64,000 nucleotides of DNA, from assembly GCA_965116595.1 (NCBI GenBank), contig OZ220708.1:1590875-1654874 (forward strand), written 5' to 3'. Each line of letters begins with the position of its first letter. Position 1 is the first letter of the stretch. Source of the DNA: Arenicellales bacterium. GTDB lineage: Bacteria; Pseudomonadota; Gammaproteobacteria; Arenicellales; Poriferihabitantaceae. Of this stretch, positions 30,557-39,854 are shown piece by piece. Under the pieces are notes generated by a model. It made no database searches. It was not told where the DNA came from and saw only the letters and a program-made list of their open reading frames with translations. The position numbers and the translations under genes were made by a program.

Positions 30557-31486
30557 ATGTCAGAAACACTGTTGATCAAATCCGACCTGGATAGATCCGA
30601 TGGCTGGGTCAACGCGTTCCGGGATTTTAACATCGAACTCGTCGATTGGCAGGAGTTTACCGACAAGGAAGATATAGATTATGCTTTGGTCTGGCACCCG
30701 TCCCCGGGGTTTCTCGGACAGTTTCCGAATCTGAAGATCATCTTTTCGGTCGGGGCGGGAATTGATCACCTGAAAGGTGAGAATATTCTACCTGCCGATG
30801 TCCCGGTTGTGCGGATGGTTGAAGAAGGGCTGACGGCGGGCATGGTGGAATACATCATTTACCAGACGCTGCGCTTCCATCGACATATGCCCCAATATGA
30901 ACAGGATAAAAGGGATCGTCATTGGGGTGAAATTGTACAGGCCCCAACCTGCGACCGCACGGTCGGCATTCTGGGGTTCGGGGTGCTGGGGCAGGCCGCG
31001 GCCGGATTTCTGATGGCTCTGGGTTTTAACGTCATCGGCTGGAGCCGGACCGAAAAAACCATACCAGGAGTCAGGAGTTATTTCGGCGATGATCAGTTGG
31101 ACGACATGCTGTCTGCAAGCGAAATACTGGTTTGTCTGTTACCCCGCACCGACCGGACGCAGGGAATTCTGAACGCGAACAATCTGGGTAAACTCCCCAG
31201 AGGCGCCTGGCTGATCAACGCAGGCCGGGGCGCCTGTCAGGTCGAAGCAGACATTATCGCGGCTCTGGACGAAGGACAGTTGGCTGGCGCCGCGCTCGAT
31301 GTGTTTGAAGTCGAGCCGTTGCCGAAAACCAGCCCGGTCTGGGTGCACCCGAAAATTTACTTTACCCCGCATGTCGCCAGTATGACATTGCCGGCATCCA
31401 GCGCAGCCTATGTTTACAGCAACATCGAGCGGTTTCGCAATAGCCTGCCGCTGACTCACGTTGCCGATATGGAGAGGGGGTATTAG
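30557..31486 (+). CDS. ghrA: Glyoxylate/hydroxypyruvate reductase A-like 2-hydroxyacid dehydrogenase
   Basis: GAGIDH, GILGFGVLG, INAGRG, LDVFEVEPL, TPHVAS. Confidence 0.85.
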   Translation: MSETLLIKSDLDRSDGWVNAFRDFNIELVDWQEFTDKEDIDYALVWHPSPGFLGQFPNLKIIFSVGAGIDHLKGENILPADVPVVRMVEEGLTAGMVEYIIYQTLRFHRHMPQYEQDKRDRHWGEIVQAPTCDRTVGILGFGVLGQAAAGFLMALGFNVIGWSRTEKTIPGVRSYFGDDQLDDMLSASEILVCLLPRTDRTQGILNANNLGKLPRGAWLINAGRGACQVEADIIAALDEGQLAGAALDVFEVEPLPKTSPVWVHPKIYFTPHVASMTLPASSAAYVYSNIERFRNSLPLTHVADMERGY

Positions 31487-31492
31487 TGCAGG

Positions 31493-32104
31493 TTGGAAAA
31501 TTCCTGTGATACGAGCTACATAATGTTCGGCGACTCTGGTATACGGCAGCCCAATCGGCTGGATGCGATCTGCAGGGAGACGGTTTCTCTGGGTTTCGAC
31601 ATGTCTTCTGACATCAAAACAGGAAATCTGCTTCGGTTTCTGGCGGGTAGCGTACCGGGCGGCCGCATTCTGGAGCTGGGTACCGGAACGGGCGTTTCCA
31701 CCTGTTGGCTTTTGGACGGAATGGATAGCCAAGCTAAATTAAGTAGCGTGGATATTGATAGTACGGTACAACAAATCGCCCAAAAGCATCTAGGTGAGGA
31801 CCCCAGAGTGACGTTTCATACAAGTGATGCTTTAGAACTGCTTCAGGTCATGGATGCTCAATCCGTTGACCTGCTCTTTGCAGATGCGTGGCCGGGAAAA
31901 TTTGAAGGTTTGGATTTGGCGTTGTCGAAGTTGAGAGTCGGTGGGGTTTACGTTATTGACGACTTGCTTCCTCAATCTAATTGGCCGCAAAATCATCAGC
32001 CCAATGTGGACCGTCTGATTGAACGGCTGACATCCAATCCATTGCTTCAGACTTTGCAATTGAATTGGTCCAGCGGCTTGCTTCTTGCCAGAAGAACCAA
32101 CTGA
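31493..32104 (+). CDS. O-methyltransferase (class I SAM)
   Basis: LELGTGTG, LLFADAWPGKF, VIDDL. Confidence 0.88.
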   Translation: MENSCDTSYIMFGDSGIRQPNRLDAICRETVSLGFDMSSDIKTGNLLRFLAGSVPGGRILELGTGTGVSTCWLLDGMDSQAKLSSVDIDSTVQQIAQKHLGEDPRVTFHTSDALELLQVMDAQSVDLLFADAWPGKFEGLDLALSKLRVGGVYVIDDLLPQSNWPQNHQPNVDRLIERLTSNPLLQTLQLNWSSGLLLARRTN

Positions 32105-32598
32105 ATCGGTTTATTCCCGTCTTGTAGAGTAAGGCTGGCCCGAACAAATGAACCAAATTTTGTCAATGAATTACTAAACATTTGTAGAGAGCAAATGAAT
32201 TACGCTGACATGGAGAAAATTTTATATTGACATTTTGTATGATACTGGTTTAGTTTTCTGGATACCGCTTGGTGCGTACACCGCAACAACGGAAATAATC
32301 CTGAAGCTCGCCCAATCATTGTATGGAAATCCAGAAAAAGTTCAGCATAAACAACAGGTTACCACCCCCCCCCCCTGAATTTCATAGGAAATTCAGGCGT
32401 TTAACAAATGAGCGGCAGCCTGGTTCGCCGTTCAGGAATCTGTCTCGTCCCCTGACGAGCGACTGGAAATACTTCCCTGTTCATGTTCTCCCGGATGCTC
32501 CGGCATCTGCGGGTCTATCCAGGCCCCTGCCCCGACGAAGCGATCAGAATTCATGTTCAGACCAACCCGATACTTCATTAACCATTGGATAATCAATC

Positions 32599-33210
32599 AT
32601 GAAACAAGAGAAACAGAAAACCGACCTGCGGAAACGGCAACAGATTATCAAAACCCTGGCCGTTGGAGGATTGGCGGTCACGGCATGGCATAAGCCGGTT
32701 GTAAGCAGCATCGTATTGCCTGCCCATGCACAAACATCACCGGGTACAACAACCACAACCACAACCGCACCGACATCACCAACCGTAACAGAAATAAAAC
32801 GCTTCCAGATTGGAAGGGCCAGGCTTGTACAATTTCAACCACCCGGCCATGCGAATTATACGGGGACGGTGAGCATGGAAAGAGGCCAGGGAGATGGTCC
32901 AAACAGGTTGGTTGTGGATCTTCATTTTCAAAATGAAAAAAATCTACGGCTTCGGTGGGCGAGAATTAACGAAGCTACCTGTAATGAGCTTGGATACCCT
33001 TCTAATATATTTGACAGAAGCCTTAGACAATTTGATGGAAAAAGAGAAATACTGGACGTACCTGCTGACAAAAACGCGATAGTACAAGTCAATTTTATGC
33101 TCTATGTATCCGAAAACGCCGCACCTAACCAGGATAACGACGCTGATACTCTTGAAGATAAAGAAAATGCTTTCTATTTACCATGTTCAGAGTTGTCCAA
33201 TGGAAGATGA
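32599..33210 (+). CDS. Hypothetical, probably exported protein with WxKPVV..LPAHAQTS leader
   Basis: Basic N-region, hydrophobic stretch, AHA-Q cleavage-like site, Thr-rich linker; AT-rich. Confidence 0.7.
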   Translation: MKQEKQKTDLRKRQQIIKTLAVGGLAVTAWHKPVVSSIVLPAHAQTSPGTTTTTTTAPTSPTVTEIKRFQIGRARLVQFQPPGHANYTGTVSMERGQGDGPNRLVVDLHFQNEKNLRLRWARINEATCNELGYPSNIFDRSLRQFDGKREILDVPADKNAIVQVNFMLYVSENAAPNQDNDADTLEDKENAFYLPCSELSNGR

Positions 33211-33326
33211 GCCTGAGTCCAACAGTTCGCCCTCATAGCGTCAATGAGACGTTGCCGGACGAGACGCAGAATATTTTTCATGTCTTGAATTTCAGGATTC
33301 AGTTGAATTGATTTCGTGATATTCGA

Positions 33327-33614
33327 TCAGGTCTGCAACGCGCGAATCACGGCCGCAGGCTCTTTAGACAGGACTTGCAGTAATACTCGGGAAACGCCTG
33401 TTGGCGTTCGTCTGCCCTGCTCCCAATCTTGTAAAGTTCGCTGACTTAAACCAAATTGTAACGCAAATTGTTTTTGCGTCATGTGCATACTGGAACGAAT
33501 CGCCGAAACATCAATATCATCAGGTACATGAACAACACAGCCATTCTCTTTGCCTTGAGCAAATTCCAGGGCTTCCAACGCACCTTTAATAATACTTTTG
33601 CCTGCTTCACTCAT
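33327..33614 (-). CDS. HigA-like Xre HTH antitoxin
   Basis: MTQKQFA..FGLSQRTLQDWEQGRRTP; overlaps toxin stop. Confidence 0.88.
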   Translation of the reverse strand: MSEAGKSIIKGALEALEFAQGKENGCVVHVPDDIDVSAIRSSMHMTQKQFALQFGLSQRTLQDWEQGRRTPTGVSRVLLQVLSKEPAAVIRALQT

Positions 33615-33963
33615 TATATGATACCTCCGAATTTTTATAGTGTTTGACCATTGATTTTAAAACCCGTTTTAACGTATTTTTTTCATGCTGTGTTAAGTCC
33701 ACTTTCTGATTTTTCGTGAATATTGACAGCAAAAATAATGGAATAGATTCGCCTGAATAAAAAGTAATGACACGATAACCACCACTTTTTCCAGCCCCGG
33801 GACGTGCAAAACGTACTTTTCTAGCTCCACCAGTTCCCGTTATTTCGTCGCCAGCCACAGGATTTTCAGCAAGATAACCAATTAACTCTCTTAACTCAGC
33901 ATCAGATATTTTTACCGCCTTGGCGCAACGGATGAATTCGGGTGTTTCGATGATTGTCTGCAT
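33607..33963 (-). CDS. HigB-like RelE/ParE-family toxin
   Basis: NPVAGDEI.GTGGARKVR..GKSGGYRVI; toxin-first gene order. Confidence 0.88.
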   Translation of the reverse strand: MQTIIETPEFIRCAKAVKISDAELRELIGYLAENPVAGDEITGTGGARKVRFARPGAGKSGGYRVITFYSGESIPLFLLSIFTKNQKVDLTQHEKNTLKRVLKSMVKHYKNSEVSYNE

Positions 33964-33997
33964 ACATTTATTATACGGCGTTGCCGTATTTTATCAA
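33964..33997 (-). promoter_or_regulatory. Sigma70-like promoter with palindromic operator for higBA
   Basis: TTGATA-N16-TATAAT-N6-ATG on minus strand; IR ATACGGC-N3-GCCGTAT (33973-33989) mostly within the spacer. Confidence 0.7.
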
Positions 33998-34038
33998 TAG
34001 ATCCTTTTCGCAATTTGCAGAGTTGGTGAAGACTGTGA

Positions 34039-34830
34039 TCAAGGCGCGTTCAGCCAATTATCCGGGCCTCCCGCCTGCGGACGGAAAAAGCAGATCATCC
34101 GTCCGTCCGGTCCGGCCTCGGCGTTTTCCCTCCAGGGCGCTGTGCCATGCAGCGCCAGGCGATGAACCACGAATGATTCTCCCGGCCGGGCATGGATCAA
34201 AACCCGCCGGCATTGACTGAATATGGTCCGTCGGGCCTGTTTGTAGATTTCGGTGATGTCCAGGTCGCCCCATTGCTCTGGCGGCAGTTTATGCCAGGCT
34301 GACCGGAAAGTTTGCCGGATGATTTCATGGGAGCCTTCCCAGACGACAAAAGGGGCGGCGTCGGAACTGAACGCCACCATTGGGATACCGAGAATGAACG
34401 CATGGTACTCGCGTAGGTGCCTGCGTCTATCGGGCCCTTCCGGCAGCAGGCCATCGACATGGGCGGCATCGCGCCTGAGCCGGTAGCGGTGCGACTGCGG
34501 TGTTTCAGAGGCTCCGGCCCGGGGATAACCCGGATAGCAAACGGAGATTTGGCCGGGGTCCAGGTCAAAATCGGTTATCCGCAGTGATTGCCGGATAAAC
34601 TCCATGGCGGTTCCCGCCAGAGGGCCGGAGTCACCCACCTCGCCGAGCCCGGTGTTGGGCAACACATTGACCCCGGCAAACCAGGTGCCATTACAGCGCA
34701 ACCATTGTCGGTTACGCTTCGCGTTGACCTGCTCTCTGGCACAGGGCAACACCTTGTCCACCCAGGCTTTTAGAACGGGATCAAAGTTAATCAGGCGCCA
34801 ACCGTTTTTATAAAAGAGACGGGTGTTCAT
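34039..34830 (-). CDS. Hypothetical protein, possible PhyH-like Fe(II)/2OG dioxygenase fold
   Basis: AHVDG...VWEGSH...LALHG facial-triad-like pattern. Confidence 0.5.
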   Translation of the reverse strand: MNTRLFYKNGWRLINFDPVLKAWVDKVLPCAREQVNAKRNRQWLRCNGTWFAGVNVLPNTGLGEVGDSGPLAGTAMEFIRQSLRITDFDLDPGQISVCYPGYPRAGASETPQSHRYRLRRDAAHVDGLLPEGPDRRRHLREYHAFILGIPMVAFSSDAAPFVVWEGSHEIIRQTFRSAWHKLPPEQWGDLDITEIYKQARRTIFSQCRRVLIHARPGESFVVHRLALHGTAPWRENAEAGPDGRMICFFRPQAGGPDNWLNAP

Positions 34831-34943
34831 GAAATCATGGTCCGTACAGGGGCATTAATTTTAAGGTGCTGTCCAGCCCCGTTCAATCAGGGTGAATGAG
34901 AGCAACCTGTTTTTTTCGATGCCATCTGATATTATAAGACCTG

Positions 34944-34959
34944 TTAAAAGATCTTTTAA
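34944..34959 (+). promoter_or_regulatory. Perfect 16-bp palindrome, putative antitoxin operator
   Basis: TTAAAAGATCTTTTAA, 12 nt before ATG 34972. Confidence 0.6.
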
Positions 34960-34971
34960 ATGGTTAAAAAT

Positions 34972-36327
34972 ATGAGCAATACACACACCATTCTGGCCGA
35001 TGTGAGCGCTGGAATTTCTGAGTTGAAGAAAAACCCGATGTCAGTTATTGAACAGGGTGAAGGCGCTCCGGTGGCGATTCTGAACCGTAACAAGCCAGTG
35101 TTCTATACAGTGCCTGCTGATGCCTGGGAGGAGTTGATGGATAAGCTGGAAGATATTGAATTGGCCGCGATTGCCAAAACTCGAATGGGGCAGCCGGAAA
35201 TCGAGGTTCCACTGAATGATCTGCCGGAGGTCGGGAGATTTCACGACGACGCTGACCAGTCCTGGACTTTGCCCGGGATCTATTACTACGACCCGGCTGT
35301 CTATGCACAGGAAATGCGCGATATATTTGCTGATAGCTGGCAGTACGTCTGTCATCAAAGCGATCTGCGAAACCCCGGCGATTACGTTGTACGCGACCTT
35401 GGCGACCAGAGTGTGGTGGTGGTGCGTGACCAGAACGGCGCGATACAGGCGTATCACAATGTCTGTCGCCATCGCGCCCACCGGCTGCTCGAAGATTCCG
35501 GCAAGACCGGCGCCCTGATCGTTTGCCCCTATCATAACTGGACCTACACCCTCACCGGTGAACTCAAATTCGCGCGGCACAGCGATCAGATTGCCGGATT
35601 TGCCCGCGCTGAATTTGGTCTGAACCCGGTTCGGGTGGAATCCTTCTGCGGATTCTGGTTCATCAATCTGAACGCTCAGGCCGACTCTCTGGCGGATGGC
35701 CTGGATGAACTGGAATGGGAAATCCGGGAATTGAGTCCCGACCTGGATAATCTCAAACGGGCAAGCCGCCGTGAAATCAGGCTGGCGGCAAACTGGAAGA
35801 ACTCGATGGAAAACTATTCCGAATGCTATCACTGTCCCAATCAGCATCCCGGTCTGGCGCAGGATTCGCTGGAAATGGAGTCCTACCAGATCACCGTCTA
35901 CGACAAGTATCACAGCCATGCCAGCCGTGGGGCTGGCGACGCCGCCGCTCAGGCCGGTTCATCCGATCATGATTCGGGGCGCGAGTTTGGCAGTTGGTTG
36001 CTGTGGCCGAATTTTGTTGTCGAGGTCTATCCGGGGGGCTATCTGAATGTATTTTATCATTTGCCTGTCGGGGTGGAAGAAACCCTGCAAATCTGCGAAT
36101 GGTATTTCCCGAACGAGACGCCAACCGAACAGCAACAGCAGGTGATTGACTTCGTGGACCAGGTGCGCGATGAGGATGTCCCGCTTTGTGAAACCGTGCA
36201 AAAGGGATTACACAGCGCGGGCTATACGCAAGGGAGATTTGTCGCAAATCGGGATCGAAGCTGGTTCAGCGAGCATGGTGTGCATGATTTTCAGAAGAAG
36301 GTTCTGCAGGCTCTCGGCGCCTGGTGA
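34972..36327 (+). CDS. Phd/StbD-type antitoxin domain fused in frame to a Rieske non-heme iron oxygenase alpha subunit (choline/carnitine/betaine monooxygenase-like)
   Basis: First 84 aa: AGISELKKNPM..PVAILNRNKP.FY..V.LNDL; then CRHRAH..CPYHNW Rieske motif and NWK..ENY.ECYHC..H iron site. Confidence 0.88.
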   Translation: MSNTHTILADVSAGISELKKNPMSVIEQGEGAPVAILNRNKPVFYTVPADAWEELMDKLEDIELAAIAKTRMGQPEIEVPLNDLPEVGRFHDDADQSWTLPGIYYYDPAVYAQEMRDIFADSWQYVCHQSDLRNPGDYVVRDLGDQSVVVVRDQNGAIQAYHNVCRHRAHRLLEDSGKTGALIVCPYHNWTYTLTGELKFARHSDQIAGFARAEFGLNPVRVESFCGFWFINLNAQADSLADGLDELEWEIRELSPDLDNLKRASRREIRLAANWKNSMENYSECYHCPNQHPGLAQDSLEMESYQITVYDKYHSHASRGAGDAAAQAGSSDHDSGREFGSWLLWPNFVVEVYPGGYLNVFYHLPVGVEETLQICEWYFPNETPTEQQQQVIDFVDQVRDEDVPLCETVQKGLHSAGYTQGRFVANRDRSWFSEHGVHDFQKKVLQALGAW

Positions 36328-36361
36328 AAGCCTGCCGTATTTCATCCGGCGTTCACGAGTC

Positions 36362-37243
36362 TCAATCCGGGCTTCCCTTCCCCGATCTTAAGGCCCGGCA
36401 AATGAAGGAGACGGTCCTGATTCGGCGTTCGCGGAGATTGCGGACCTGATTTTTGACCATTTCCGGGAAGTCATCGCCGAGAATGACCTGGAAGGATGCC
36501 GGCGGCGCTGATGATTCGGCGGATAGCCCAATCCGGGTCGCGGTTTTCGACGCCATTCTCTCAAACCAGCTTTGGCTTTGTTCGGTGGAATCAATAACTT
36601 CGAGTAACCTGAATCCTGCATCCGCAAGCAGGACAGTCATCCGGTCGGTCGTTGCCAGATGACTGATGTGCGGGTCCCGTGCCCAGGGAACCGGGTACAA
36701 TACGTCGCCTCCCTCGCCCTGGAGTACGTCATAGACCGCGAAAATACCACCGGGTCTGATGACTCTTTTTGCTTCAGCGTATACCCTGTCCTTGGCCTTG
36801 ATATTCATCGCAGCATGAATGGTCATGGCCGCATCGAACTGATTTTCCCGGAAGGGCAGGCGGGTTGCGTCTCCTTGCCGAAAGTCAACCCGGTCTGACA
36901 GCCCTGTCCATTCGGACAGCGTGGTTGCCGCATGGCAAAAAGCGGGGGTCAGGTCAATGCCGGTCACCCTGCAACCATACACTTCGGCCAGGCACCGGGC
37001 GGGCCCGCCCAGACCGCTTCCGATGTCAAGCACATGACTGCCCATCGACAGGTTCATCCACGCTGCCAGTTCCAGGGTCGCGCCACGTCCGCGGATGTGG
37101 AACTCATCGAAGGCAGCCAGGTCCCGGGTGGTCAATTGCGCCAGGCTTTTCCCACTTTCCTCCAGAGCGCCCGCGATCAGATCGGCCAGGGTTTCGCCAT
37201 CGCCATAGTGCGCTATGACCGGGTTTTGCTTCGGTTCTTTCAT
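36362..37243 (-). CDS. Class I SAM methyltransferase (sarcosine/dimethylglycine N-methyltransferase-like)
   Basis: DEFHIRG, VLDIGSGLGGPAR, GDAT.LPF; start uncertain (up to 37327). Confidence 0.8.
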   Translation of the reverse strand: MKEPKQNPVIAHYGDGETLADLIAGALEESGKSLAQLTTRDLAAFDEFHIRGRGATLELAAWMNLSMGSHVLDIGSGLGGPARCLAEVYGCRVTGIDLTPAFCHAATTLSEWTGLSDRVDFRQGDATRLPFRENQFDAAMTIHAAMNIKAKDRVYAEAKRVIRPGGIFAVYDVLQGEGGDVLYPVPWARDPHISHLATTDRMTVLLADAGFRLLEVIDSTEQSQSWFERMASKTATRIGLSAESSAPPASFQVILGDDFPEMVKNQVRNLRERRIRTVSFICRALRSGKGSPD

Positions 37244-37475
37244 GATCTGCTTTGTGAGTTCATGTGTCTTGAGCCTGTACATTAAACCAAATCCATCACC
37301 AGGGACAGGCCGGATGCCTGCCCGCAATCATTTGAGGGCGATGTCGGATTGGGTGATGCAGATTGACCGGTTGTATCCAATACAGTTATGCCAATTCAAA
37401 CCAGGATTTTGAAGTAGCCTGAATTTCTGTTAGACTTCAATCTATACTAATTCCCGCTCAGGCAGAGCGAATTGC

Positions 37476-39161
37476 ATGATTATTCGGGACCTCACGCCAA
37501 AACTGATCAATGCGGCGACTCGGTCGCCCGCAATTACGCTCACCGGGCCTCGGCAAAGTGGCAAGACTACGTTATGTCGCGCCGTGTTTTCCCGGCATCC
37601 GTATGTTACTCTCGAAGCGCCGGATGATCGTGCATTCGCATTGGACGACCCAAGGGGGTTTCTGGATCAGTTCCCGGAAGGCGCGATTATTGACGAAGTG
37701 CAACGCGCGCCAGATCTACTCTCTTATCTGCAAGGTATCATTGATGAGGATCCGCAGCCCGGACGCTGGATTCTCAGTGGCTCGCAAAACCTGTCCTTGC
37801 TGGAATCGGTCAGCCAGTCGCTGGCCGGGCGAACAGAAGTTCACCATCTGTTGCCGTTGACCTGTGGCGAGATTTCACGTTTTGATTCGCATCCCGGAAA
37901 TCTCGAAGAAACTCTTTATGCCGGAGGTTATCCCCGCATCTTCGATCACAATCTGGTTCCGGCAAATTGGCTCCGTTCGTATGTCGCCACTTATCTTGAG
38001 CGGGATGTGCGTACTCTCAGCAACATCGGCGATCTGGTGATGTTCCAGCGTTTCGTCGAGTTATGCGCAGGTCGCACTGCACAGTTGCTTAACTACTCGT
38101 CACTGGCTAATGATTGCGGCATATCGCAGCCGAGCGCGAAAGCATGGCTCAGCATACTGGAGGCGAGTTTTGTTGCTTTTCGCCTGCCGGCGTTTCACGC
38201 CAACCTGCGGAAACGGCTCGTGAAAATGCCAAAACTGTATTTTTACGATACCGGTCTGGTCTGTTGGCTTCTGGGGATCCGTCAACCTGGACAACTTCGT
38301 TCACACCCACTGCGCGGAGCAATCTTTGAGTCATGGGTTGTCTCGGAGGTTCTGAAACACCGGATCAATCGTGGTGAGAGAGGCGGCCTGTGTTTTTATC
38401 GGGACCGCAACGGGGCTGAAGTTGATCTCGTCATAGAAAGGCCGGATGGCCTTACATTGGTCGAAGCCAAGTCGACCATGACGGCCTCTTCAACCCTGTT
38501 CAATGGGCCCCGGCGTGTTCGCGGGCATTTCGACAGTGTCTCCCAATCCTGTAAGATTGTGGTCGCCTATGGCGGTGAGCAGTTTCAGCAGCGCGAGGAC
38601 GGGCGGCTGGTTCCCTGGCGAATGCTGCGCGCTGTGAGTCTGCTGAATTCCGAGTTCATCGTTTCGGTCTTCGCCGATGGCAGGCCAGTCGCTAATGCCA
38701 GCGTTTTGGTCCTGATGACAAACAAGACCTGGAAACGGGCTGTGACTGACAAAAACGGAGAGGCGATGCCCAACCTGTATTCTGTTCATATTCCGATGAC
38801 TGTCTATGTGGCGATGGAAGGTTTTACAGCGCATGTGGAGCGTGACTGGATTCCGGCCGAATGCACGCTCCATATCGAACTGAAAGCGCTTCCCAACGGC
38901 AGTGGAGCCGTGTTTTTTGAGAACGGACAGGGTCGCATTCCGGGGCTGACAGGGAGATTGAATCCGATCCGGGACAGCCAGGACAGATTGCATCTTTACG
39001 CGGACAACATTTCTGTGAACGATGGGGAGCGGCAGCCGGTTCCCTTTGCTATTGGCGAGGAGTTGCGCGCCACTGACACCGATGGAAAGGAAAAGCGGCT
39101 GCGCGTCGTCGATATCACGGGCCGGTCGGCCCTGCTCGAATACCATTCAACCCGCGATTAG
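37476..39161 (+). CDS. AAA+ ATPase with DUF4143 (COG1373-like) plus ~170-aa C-terminal extension
   Basis: GPRQSGKT, IIDEVQ, LSGS, KMPKLYFYDTG, EVDLV..EAK; extra beta-rich tail. Confidence 0.85.
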   Translation: MIIRDLTPKLINAATRSPAITLTGPRQSGKTTLCRAVFSRHPYVTLEAPDDRAFALDDPRGFLDQFPEGAIIDEVQRAPDLLSYLQGIIDEDPQPGRWILSGSQNLSLLESVSQSLAGRTEVHHLLPLTCGEISRFDSHPGNLEETLYAGGYPRIFDHNLVPANWLRSYVATYLERDVRTLSNIGDLVMFQRFVELCAGRTAQLLNYSSLANDCGISQPSAKAWLSILEASFVAFRLPAFHANLRKRLVKMPKLYFYDTGLVCWLLGIRQPGQLRSHPLRGAIFESWVVSEVLKHRINRGERGGLCFYRDRNGAEVDLVIERPDGLTLVEAKSTMTASSTLFNGPRRVRGHFDSVSQSCKIVVAYGGEQFQQREDGRLVPWRMLRAVSLLNSEFIVSVFADGRPVANASVLVLMTNKTWKRAVTDKNGEAMPNLYSVHIPMTVYVAMEGFTAHVERDWIPAECTLHIELKALPNGSGAVFFENGQGRIPGLTGRLNPIRDSQDRLHLYADNISVNDGERQPVPFAIGEELRATDTDGKEKRLRVVDITGRSALLEYHSTRD

Positions 39162-39234
39162 TAAGGAATCAGGTCCTTAAGACCTCCCCTGGGATTGTTC
39201 GCTACAGCGATTTGGTATTCCTGTCCCGCCGGTA

Positions 39235-39756
39235 TCAGGCGAGATCAATTTTTACCGGTACTGCCCGAGTCAGCGTATGGCCTACCGGAGAGGTGGAAGT
39301 CACCTTTTCGTGTAATTCCCGAAGCGCTTCCGGTGAAGCGTCACTGTCGATATCCACTGTAACCGAGATATTGTCATAGCCGGCGTTTCCTTCTTTCAAT
39401 CCAAGAAAGGTATGCAGATCCAGGTCGCCTTCGAGCTTAATGGTGATATCCTTGACTGTGATTCCGGCGGCGGTGGCATTGGCGGCGTAACCGACTGCCA
39501 GACAGTTGCCCAGCGCGCCGAGCACCTGTTCCACCGGATTGGGGCCGGTATCCGTGCCGCCCAACGCGCCCGGTTCGTCCGATGCCTGGGGGGTGAATTC
39601 GCGTATTCTGGCCTCGGAGCGAAACCCTCCGTTCCATTTGACTTCGGCGCTCCATTTTGTTGACGCAACTTCGGGCTGTTGCTGTATCCTTTCAGCCAAG
39701 CTGGCAACGGCAGAGATCTGAACATCATTCAGGGTGGTTGTAGTGGTATTTGGCAT
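39235..39756 (-). CDS. OsmC/Ohr-family protein
   Basis: DEP..LGGTDTGPNPVE..L..LGNC; second Cys not evident (SPV instead of CPV). Confidence 0.85.
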   Translation of the reverse strand: MPNTTTTTLNDVQISAVASLAERIQQQPEVASTKWSAEVKWNGGFRSEARIREFTPQASDEPGALGGTDTGPNPVEQVLGALGNCLAVGYAANATAAGITVKDITIKLEGDLDLHTFLGLKEGNAGYDNISVTVDIDSDASPEALRELHEKVTSTSPVGHTLTRAVPVKIDLA

Positions 39757-39771
39757 GTCGCAAGGTTTCCA

Positions 39772-39850
39772 AGATGAACGATACCGGATTGTATTATTCA
39801 CAGGAATACAAGTAAACCGGACATAAGTCCTCCTCTTGCCATTGTTCTGT
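39772..39850. repeat. Repeat A, copy 1
   Basis: Core TACCGGATTGTATTATT..GGAAT..AGTAAACCGGACATAAGTCC matches 40617-40665. Confidence 0.85.
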
Positions 39851-39854
39851 TCGG

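Noticed and set aside
32323-32592. ORF spanning the poly-C tract as a phase-variable gene
   Set aside because: No recognisable protein in any frame; the homopolymer may be a sequencing artefact
35216-35518. 100-aa ORF as the cognate toxin of the Phd domain
   Set aside because: No RelE motifs; it is an alternative frame of the Rieske gene starting at the relic toxin ATG
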